Assembly (NCBI GenBank): GCA_963776345.1 | Contig: CAVZMH010000016.1 | Span: 800,001 to 864,000, forward strand | Reading direction: 5' to 3' | Origin: an uncultured delta proteobacterium | GTDB lineage: Bacteria; Myxococcota; Myxococcia; Myxococcales; Myxococcaceae | Length of the DNA stretch: 64,000 nucleotides | Part shown: piece after piece, positions 57,528 through 64,000 of the stretch | Layout of the letters: the number at the start of each line of letters is the position of its first letter | Position numbering within the stretch: the first letter of the stretch is position 1 | Program-made: the position numbers and the translations under genes | Notes under the pieces: generated by a model | What the model was told of the DNA's origin: nothing | Databases searched by the model: none | Seen by the model: the letters and a program-made list of their open reading frames with translations, nothing else

Positions 57528-58562
57528 ATGGGACTCACCTACAAGGACGCGGGCGTCGACATCGAGGCGGGTGACGCACTGGTGGAGCGGATCAAGCCGC
57601 TCGCCGCCCGCACCCTCCGTCCGGAGGTCGTCTCGGGAGTCGGCGGCTTCGGCGGCCTCTTCGCCATTCCCCCGGGGAGGTACCGGGAGCCGGTGCTGGT
57701 CTCGGGCACCGACGGGGTGGGCACCAAGCTGAACATCGCCCTCGCCGCGGGGAAGCACGACACGGTGGGCATCGACCTGGTGGCGATGAGCGTCAACGAC
57801 GTGCTGACCTCCGGCGCCGAGCCGCTCTTCTTCCTCGACTACCTCGCCACCGGCCGGCTCGACGTGGCGCAGGCCGCCGAGGTGGTGAAGGGCATCGCCG
57901 AGGGGTGCGCCCGGGCCGGCTGCACCCTGCTCGGGGGCGAGACCGCCGAGCACCCCGGCGCGCACGGCGACGGCTACGACCTCGCCGGCTTCTGCGTGGG
58001 CATCGTGGAGCGCTCCCGCATCCTCACCGGAGCGTCGATTCGCCCGGGCGATGCGCTGGTGGGGCTCGCGAGCAGCGGCGTCCACTCCAACGGGTTCAGC
58101 CTGGTGCGCCGCATCCTCTCCGACGCGCGGGTGGCGCTCGACAGCCGGCCGCCCGAGCTCGGCGGGAAGGCCGTCTCGGAGGTGCTGCTCGAGCCGACCC
58201 GCATCTACGTGAAGGACGTGCTCGCGCTGCTCGAGGCGGTGGAGGTCCGGGGGCTGAGCCACATCACGGGGAGCGGGCTCCCGGGCAACGTGCCCCGCTG
58301 CCTCCCGAACGGGACGCGGGCGGTGCTGGAGGCGCGGCGCTGGCCCCGGCCGGCGGTGTTCGACTGGCTGCAGCGGCTCGGCGGCGTCTCGGACGCGGAG
58401 ATGGACTCCACCTTCAACATCGGGCTGGGGATGGTGGCGGTGGTGCCCCCGGCCGCGGTCGAGAAGGCGCTCTCGTTCCTCGCCGGGCGTGGGGTGCCGG
58501 CCTGGGAGGTGGGCAAGGTGGAGGCGTCCTCGGGCGAGCCGACGGCGGTCGTCGTCCGGTGA
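57528..58562 (+). CDS. purM: Phosphoribosylformylglycinamidine cyclo-ligase (AIR synthetase)
   Basis: YKDAGVD, GTDGVGTK, GGETAE, SSGVHSNGFS, HITGSG, TFN.G.GM. Confidence 0.98.
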   Translation: MGLTYKDAGVDIEAGDALVERIKPLAARTLRPEVVSGVGGFGGLFAIPPGRYREPVLVSGTDGVGTKLNIALAAGKHDTVGIDLVAMSVNDVLTSGAEPLFFLDYLATGRLDVAQAAEVVKGIAEGCARAGCTLLGGETAEHPGAHGDGYDLAGFCVGIVERSRILTGASIRPGDALVGLASSGVHSNGFSLVRRILSDARVALDSRPPELGGKAVSEVLLEPTRIYVKDVLALLEAVEVRGLSHITGSGLPGNVPRCLPNGTRAVLEARRWPRPAVFDWLQRLGGVSDAEMDSTFNIGLGMVAVVPPAAVEKALSFLAGRGVPAWEVGKVEASSGEPTAVVVR

Positions 58563-59215
58563 GCGGCGCGCGGGTGGCGGTGCTGGTCTCGGGCTCGGGC
58601 ACCAACCTCCAGTCCCTGCTCGACGCGGCGGCGGCACCGGGCTACCCGGCCCGCATCGCAGTGGTGGTCTCCAACGTCCCGGGCGTCCGCGCGCTCGAGC
58701 GGGCCGAGGCGGCGGGCGTCCCCACCCGGGTGCTGCCCCACCAGGGGTACCCGGACCGGGCGGCGTACGACCGGGCGCTGGTCGAGGTCATCGCGCCGTT
58801 CTCCTGCACCATCGCCTGCCTCGCCGGCTTCATGCGGCTGGTCGGCCCGACCTTCCTCCGCGGCTTCCCCGGCGGGGTGCTCAACGTGCACCCTGCCCTG
58901 CTCCCGAGCTTCCCCGGCCTGCACGCCCATCGGCAGGCGCTGGAGCACGGGGTGAAGGTGACCGGCTGCACCGTGCACCTGGTCGACGAGGGCACCGACA
59001 CCGGCCCCATCGTGGCGCAGGCCGCGGTGCCGGTGCTGGACGGCGACACCGAGGAGTCGCTGCAGCGACGGATCCAGGAGCAGGAGCACCGGCTCTTCCC
59101 GCTCGCGCTCGGGCTGCTCGCCGCGGGACGCCTGCGGATCGAGGGCCGGCGGGTGCACGTGGCCGGGGGCGCGCCCGAGGCGCTGGGGCTGGCGCTGGTC
59201 AACCCGGGGCACTAG
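58559..59215 (+). CDS. purN: Phosphoribosylglycinamide formyltransferase
   Basis: SGSGTNLQ, LAGFMR, NVHPALLP.FPG, GCTVH.VDEG.DTGP. Confidence 0.98.
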   Translation: MSGARVAVLVSGSGTNLQSLLDAAAAPGYPARIAVVVSNVPGVRALERAEAAGVPTRVLPHQGYPDRAAYDRALVEVIAPFSCTIACLAGFMRLVGPTFLRGFPGGVLNVHPALLPSFPGLHAHRQALEHGVKVTGCTVHLVDEGTDTGPIVAQAAVPVLDGDTEESLQRRIQEQEHRLFPLALGLLAAGRLRIEGRRVHVAGGAPEALGLALVNPGH

Positions 59216-60711
59216 TGCCGACGCTGCCCCCACGTCCGCGGATCGCGCCGGGGCCCTCGCGCCACGTCTATGACGTGCTGGTGCTCGGGGCCGAGCTCGG
59301 GGGCGCGCTGGCCGCGGCGCTGCTCGCCAAGCGGGGGCTCCGTGTCCTCTGGGCGGAGCACGCCCAGCTCGCGCCGGGGTACGAGCACGACGGCTTCCTC
59401 TTCTCCTCGCCGCCCCACCTCGTCCCGCCGTTCCGGATGTGGCCGATGGTGGAGAGCGGCTTCACCGAGCTCGGGCTGACCACCGTGTTCCAGCGGGCGC
59501 TGAAGCCCATCGGCCCCTGGCAGATCGTCCTGCCGCGGCACCGCCTCGACCTCCCGGTCGATGCGACGCGGCGCCTCGCCGAGGTGCAGCGCGAGTTCGG
59601 CACCGGAGGGAGCCGGGTCGCCGAGACGCTCACCGCGCTCACGGCGATGCCCGAGGCGTCGGACCCCTTCTTCCGCTTCCTCGACGACTTCTCGCCGGGC
59701 GGCTGGCTCGAACGCTTCCGGCTCCGGCGGAGGGCGGCGAAGGTGGAGGGGCTCACCCGGCCCTCGCCGCTGTCCCCGGACGAGCCGCTCGAGGCGCTGC
59801 TGACCGGCGCGGTGCCCTTCCTGGTGCAGCAGGAGCCGCCCGGGCCGCTGGCGACGACGCGGGTCCTCGCCCAGCTGCTCAAGGCGCCGCTGCGCCTCCC
59901 CGGTGGACGCGAGGGGCTGCGGGAGACGCTGGGGCGCCGCTTCGCCGAGCTGGGCGGGACGATGCTTCCTCAAGAAGGCCTCGTCGGCCGGGCGGTGGAC
60001 GGCATCGACTTCGAGGGGCCGCAGGTCACGCTGCGCGTGCGCGGCGCCGAGGCGGTGTACCGGGCGCAGTGGCTGGTGGCGGCGATGAACCCGGGGCTCC
60101 TGGCCGGGCTGCTCCCGGAGGAGGGCCCGGGGAAGAAGCTGGCCGAGCACCTCGGGGGGCTCGTGCCGAGACGGCTGGTGCTCACCGTGCACTGGGTGCT
60201 CCCGGAGAAGGTGCTGCCGCGCGGGATGGGAGACCTGGTCCTGATGGACGGGGGTCAGAGCGGGCCGGTGTGGATCCAGGTGCAGGCCACGAGGCGGCCG
60301 GGGGCGCGGGGCGAGGAGGAGTCGCTCCGGACGGTGAGCGCGTCGGCGTTGGTGGGCTCGGGGGTGCGGGACGCGGGCGAGTCGGGCCTGCGGCTCCCCG
60401 CGGCGGGGGTGGAGCGGGCGCTGGAGTCGCTGATGCCCTTCTCGGTGGCGCAGCGGGTGGCGCGCTCCGTTCCGCTGGTGGATGGGCCGGGGGCGCTGGC
60501 CGGCGCCGGGCCGCAGCTCATCTACGGGGCGGTGGAGGGGTCGCCGACCGGGCTCGAGGGCCTGGGCGTCCGGACACCGGCCAAGCACGTGCTCTTCGCC
60601 GGGCGGGAGGCGGTGCTCGGGGTGGGGCTCGAGGGGGAGCTCCTCGCCGGGGCCCGGGCGGCGGCCGTGGTGCACGAGGCGGTACGGAAGCGGGATCCCC
60701 TGAAAAGGTAG
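59215..60711 (+). CDS. Phytoene dehydrogenase-like FAD-dependent oxidoreductase (atypical GxGxxG)
   Basis: [24 protein letters not shown]-terminal GL..RTP.K.VL.AG...G.GLEG. Confidence 0.75.
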   Translation: MPTLPPRPRIAPGPSRHVYDVLVLGAELGGALAAALLAKRGLRVLWAEHAQLAPGYEHDGFLFSSPPHLVPPFRMWPMVESGFTELGLTTVFQRALKPIGPWQIVLPRHRLDLPVDATRRLAEVQREFGTGGSRVAETLTALTAMPEASDPFFRFLDDFSPGGWLERFRLRRRAAKVEGLTRPSPLSPDEPLEALLTGAVPFLVQQEPPGPLATTRVLAQLLKAPLRLPGGREGLRETLGRRFAELGGTMLPQEGLVGRAVDGIDFEGPQVTLRVRGAEAVYRAQWLVAAMNPGLLAGLLPEEGPGKKLAEHLGGLVPRRLVLTVHWVLPEKVLPRGMGDLVLMDGGQSGPVWIQVQATRRPGARGEEESLRTVSASALVGSGVRDAGESGLRLPAAGVERALESLMPFSVAQRVARSVPLVDGPGALAGAGPQLIYGAVEGSPTGLEGLGVRTPAKHVLFAGREAVLGVGLEGELLAGARAAAVVHEAVRKRDPLKR

Positions 60712-60788
60712 GACCGGGCGGTCCGAGTGGCGCTCGGCCCCGGTTTCGGCTACACAGCCCCGCTTCGTCCGTCGAGGAGTGCCTGGCA

Positions 60789-60980
60789 ATGGCCTGGAAG
60801 TGCGACATCTGTGGCAAGCGCCCGCTGGTCGGGAACAAGGTGAGCCACGCCAACAACAAGTCCAAGACGCGGTCCCTGCCCAATCTGCAGAAGCTCCGGG
60901 CGACCGTGGATGGGCGGACCCAGCGCGTCCTGGCCTGCACCCGCTGCATCAAGGCGGGCAAGGTCACCAAGGCGGCCTGA
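60789..60980 (+). CDS. rpmB: 50S ribosomal protein L28 (zinc-binding form)
   Basis: CDICGK.P..GN.VSHANNK.K....PNLQ..CTRCIK. Confidence 0.97.
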   Translation: MAWKCDICGKRPLVGNKVSHANNKSKTRSLPNLQKLRATVDGRTQRVLACTRCIKAGKVTKAA

Positions 60981-61046
60981 GGGCGGAAACCGAGCGGGGC
61001 ACTCGGCCCTTGCTTGCCCTCGCGGCGCGCACCGCTGGTAACTCCG

Positions 61047-61964
61047 ATGCGCGTCGCTCTGCTCTTCATCGACGGCGTCGGGGTCGGGGTCCCGGATCCC
61101 GACTTCAATCCGCTCGCGCGCGGCGAGTGGCTCCTCTCTCAGTTCGACGACGGGAGCGGGACCGCGTTGCCGGGCGGAGCGCGCACGCTGCTGGAGACGA
61201 CGTTCGGAGTCCCCGGCCGGCCGCAGTCCGCGACCAACCAGACGGCCATCCTGACCGGTGAGCCGGCGCCGCGGCTGGTCGGGCGGCACGTGCTCGGGTT
61301 CCCGGACGCGGCGCTCCGGGAGATTCTCCTCCGCGCCTCGGTGGTGAAGCGGCTGGTGGGCTCGGGACGCCGGGCGACGTTCGTGAACGGGTACCCCGGC
61401 GCCTACCTGACGGCGCTCGGCCTGCCGCACGCGCCGGCGCGGGAGCCGGAGGTGGAGATCCCCGAGCGCGCGCGGCGCCGGCTCCGGCCGTCGTCGACGA
61501 CGCTGGCCTTCGCCGCGGGCGAGGTCCCGCTGCGGACGCTGGACCAGCTCCGGGCGGGCGAGGCGCTGTCGCACGACGTGACGGGGGCGCGGGGGCGGGC
61601 GCGGGGGTTCGACGTGCCGCTGCGGACGCCGGACGAGTCGGCGGAGATCTTCTGGCGGGCGGCGGAGGGCGTGGACTTCACCCTGTTCGAGCACTTCCTC
61701 GCCGACGAGGCGGGGCACGCCCGCGACATGGCGCTGGCCGAGTCGTCGCTCGAGACGTTCGACGCCTTCGCCCGGGCGGTGGTGCGGCGGCGGCCGGTGG
61801 ACGCTCGGGTGCTGGTGTGCAGCGACCACGGAAACGTGGAGGACCTCCGGATCCGGAACCACACCCTGGCGCCGGTGGCGCTCCTCTCCTTCCCGCCGCT
61901 CGAGGGCCGGGCGCCGGAGACGGTGGCCGACGTGGCGGGGCTGATCGCCGGAGTCGGCGGGTGA
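61047..61964 (+). CDS. Alkaline phosphatase superfamily metalloenzyme (iPGM/phosphopentomutase-like)
   Basis: FIDGVG, PQSAT, DEAGH, SDHGN.ED, HT..PV. Confidence 0.85.
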   Translation: MRVALLFIDGVGVGVPDPDFNPLARGEWLLSQFDDGSGTALPGGARTLLETTFGVPGRPQSATNQTAILTGEPAPRLVGRHVLGFPDAALREILLRASVVKRLVGSGRRATFVNGYPGAYLTALGLPHAPAREPEVEIPERARRRLRPSSTTLAFAAGEVPLRTLDQLRAGEALSHDVTGARGRARGFDVPLRTPDESAEIFWRAAEGVDFTLFEHFLADEAGHARDMALAESSLETFDAFARAVVRRRPVDARVLVCSDHGNVEDLRIRNHTLAPVALLSFPPLEGRAPETVADVAGLIAGVGG

Positions 61965-62809
61965 GACGGTCGCACCGGCCGCTCGCGCTCACCGCGGTCC
62001 TCACTCTCGGGTGGACCGGCTGCGTGACGCCGCGGAGCGATGGCCCGGACGCCCTGGTGACGGACGCCGGGACGATCCGTCTCGAGTTCGTGGAGTGGAA
62101 CGAGTCGACGTCCGATCTCCTGAAGGAGGCCGTTCCGGCGGCGGCCAAGGTGCTGTCGCGGTGGGGCGGGCTGAGCGAGCCGGTGCGGATCACGGTGGTG
62201 AACTCGCGCTGGGAGCTCGACGAGGCCGTCGGCCGGAAGATTCCCGGCATCTCGGCCTGGGCGCGGCGGAACCAGGTCCTGCTCTGGGACCCGCGCTGGT
62301 GGCCGATGCCGCCGGGCGTGGAGCAGGCGCCGGCGCTGGCCGCCCGGGTGCGGAGGACGCAGCTCACCGAGCTCCTGGAGCACGAGCTCACCCACTGCCT
62401 GATGTTCCAGCGGTCGGGGGGCTCACCGTCGGACCCGCGGGACCGGATCCCCTTCTGGTTCCGCGAGGGGATGGCAACGGTGACCGCCGGAGAGGGCGCG
62501 CAGTGGCCGCCTCCCGAGTCGCTCTCGCAGTGGCTCGCCGCCCATCCCGGCGTCGACCTGCTTCGCGACGCGTCCCAGCTCGTGCGGACCGATCCGGCCG
62601 TGGCCTACGGCGCCGCCCACAACGGCTTCGACTTCCTGGTCCGCCGCCACGGCGACGCGACGGTGCTCCGCGTGCTCGAGCGGATGCGCGCCCAGGACGG
62701 ATTCCCCGAGGCGTTCCGCGATGTGGTGGGCGTCAGCGTCGAGTCGTTCGGCACGGACTTCCGGCGGTACCTCGGCTGGAGGGGCTTCCTGCCGGCCACG
62801 GCTCCCTGA
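61961..62809 (+). CDS. Peptidase MA-like (gluzincin) lipoprotein
   Basis: Lipobox LGWTG-C; HELTH; P.WFREGMA; GTGA overlap with the upstream gene. Confidence 0.8.
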   Translation: MRRSHRPLALTAVLTLGWTGCVTPRSDGPDALVTDAGTIRLEFVEWNESTSDLLKEAVPAAAKVLSRWGGLSEPVRITVVNSRWELDEAVGRKIPGISAWARRNQVLLWDPRWWPMPPGVEQAPALAARVRRTQLTELLEHELTHCLMFQRSGGSPSDPRDRIPFWFREGMATVTAGEGAQWPPPESLSQWLAAHPGVDLLRDASQLVRTDPAVAYGAAHNGFDFLVRRHGDATVLRVLERMRAQDGFPEAFRDVVGVSVESFGTDFRRYLGWRGFLPATAP

Positions 62810-62819
62810 GACCGGACGC

Positions 62820-64000
62820 TCAGCGCGCCTCGGCCCGCTGGGTCGGCTCGCTCGCGGGGCTGGGGAGCAGCGGCGGGCGGTCGCGGCCCTCCACCACCCG
62901 CTGCAGCTCGATCTCCCGGAGCAGGGTCGGCGGCGCCACGGTGGACACCGGCACGTTCCCGCTCTCGGCCCCGCAGAAGCCGTTGAACACGCCCTGCGTC
63001 TTCCCGGTGGCGACGATCTTGCTCACCGCCGACAGGGGCGTCCCCACCACCTCCACCCCGCGGACCAGCGTCTCCTTCCCGTCACGCGCGTCCACCCGGT
63101 ACACCAGCCGGGGGATGCCCTTGAACGCCTGGTAGCCGAAGCTCGAGGTGTTGGTGTTGCCCCCCTGGATGTCGCGGATGATGAGGCCGTAGGGCTTGCC
63201 CTGGCGCTTGGCCTCGGCGATCAGCATTCGCTTCAGCTCGGCGTCGCTCACCTGGTTGGTGGACGAGGCGATGAGGTTCGCCATCCGCGCCACCGGCCTC
63301 CGGTTCCCCTGCGCTCGCCCGTGCCCGTTGCTCTTGAGGAAGCCGTCCACCGGGTGCCGGGAGACGAGGAAGCTCCGCAACACCCCCGCCTCGACCAGCG
63401 GGACGCGCTGGGCGGGGATGCCCTCGTCGTCGTACCGGTAGAACCCGTTCAGCGACTTCCCACCCAGCGAGGCCAGGGTGGGGTCGTCGACGATGCTGAT
63501 GAAGGGCGGAAGCACCGCCCGGCCGATCTGCCCCTTGTAGGTCTTGCCCTCGGCGTCGTTGTCCATCCGGTCGCCCTCGAGCCGGTGGCCCACCGCCTCG
63601 TGGAACAGCACCCCCGCGGCCTCGGCCTCGAGGATGGCCGGACCGGTGTACGGGTCGATGGCCGGCGCGGCCCGGAGCGCGAGGAGCTCCTGGATGAGCG
63701 ACTCGGCGTCCTTCATCAGCCGGTCGTCGGTCGGCAGCTCCGCCTCGCGGAACCCGTAGTAGTCGCGCGAGTCGTCGAGCAGCTGTCCGTCGTCGGCCCG
63801 GGTCACCGCGTAGAGGTGGACCCCGTAGAAGGCCTGCTCGGTGACGATCCGCGAGCCCTCCGAGTTGACGAAGTAGCGGACCTCCTTGTCGGCGGTGACC
63901 CGCACGTCGGTGTCGAAGATCTTCCCCGCCTCGTTGAACCGGGCCGACACCTTCCGCACCAGCGCCGTCCACCGCGCCTGGTCGAAGGTGTAGCTGACCG
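62820..64000 (-). CDS. TldD/PmbA family metalloprotease (5' partial)
   Basis: FHEAVGHRLE, DDPT, YDDEG, NGHGR, RMANL, CGAESG.VPV; runs off the window end. Confidence 0.93.
   Translation of the reverse strand, partial: VSYTFDQARWTALVRKVSARFNEAGKIFDTDVRVTADKEVRYFVNSEGSRIVTEQAFYGVHLYAVTRADDGQLLDDSRDYYGFREAELPTDDRLMKDAESLIQELLALRAAPAIDPYTGPAILEAEAAGVLFHEAVGHRLEGDRMDNDAEGKTYKGQIGRAVLPPFISIVDDPTLASLGGKSLNGFYRYDDEGIPAQRVPLVEAGVLRSFLVSRHPVDGFLKSNGHGRAQGNRRPVARMANLIASSTNQVSDAELKRMLIAEAKRQGKPYGLIIRDIQGGNTNTSSFGYQAFKGIPRLVYRVDARDGKETLVRGVEVVGTPLSAVSKIVATGKTQGVFNGFCGAESGNVPVSTVAPPTLLREIELQRVVEGRDRPPLLPSPASEPTQRAEAR

Noticed and set aside
47028..57732. Very long alternative-frame ORFs (e.g. 47028..50186, 50147..53452, 54622..57732; also 34012..36759, 29793..31736)
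   Set aside because: Antisense shadows of recognisable genes; Arg/Gly/Pro-rich with no motifs, as expected at high GC.
60718..61008. Similar CCGAG..CTCGG hairpins on both sides of rpmB
   Set aside because: Stems are only 5-7 bp in GC-rich DNA; could be chance or weak terminators, which is insufficient support.

Overview
High-GC bacterial chromosome segment. Gene content and order (split nuo operon, YtxH/DUF883/holin-X cluster, AMIN-domain protein, CHASE2 cyclases, purMN-rpmB) suggest Myxococcota; this is an inference. From left to right: (1) an ECF43-type sigma factor, a Ser/Thr kinase and a large delta-60-repeat lipoprotein; (2) a decaying accessory patch (~7.2-11.8 kb) with an IS91-family fragment, a degenerate tRNA-Gln, a broken IS3, a kptA remnant, ArsR-SRPBCC and a frameshifted DHFR-like gene; (3) a deoxyhypusine-synthase-like gene, an amidohydrolase, an Rrf2 regulator and a PHP gene; (4) complex I genes nuoAB and nuoCDGHI, separated by four unrelated genes including a CpcT/CpeT-like lipoprotein; (5) Fur-boxed feoAB followed by two uncharacterised Cys/His-rich genes; (6) an orphan PTS EIIC, a 2Fe-2S ferredoxin and a catalytically degenerate CHASE2 cyclase; (7) small stress/membrane genes, a serA-like gene, TetR-crotonase-BKACE, lptD and an AMIN protein; (8) folC-accD, a complete cyclase-CRP-phosphodiesterase cassette, purMN, rpmB and a partial tldD. 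Several single-base indels, mostly in homopolymer runs, point to long-read consensus errors, so frameshift and fusion calls need read-level checks. The most interesting candidates are the feoB-linked Cys4-wHTH plus tandem CxHxRQxHP-x8-CAWPGC pair, and the degenerate/intact CHASE2 cyclase pair. All calls come from motif recognition only; no database searches were run.
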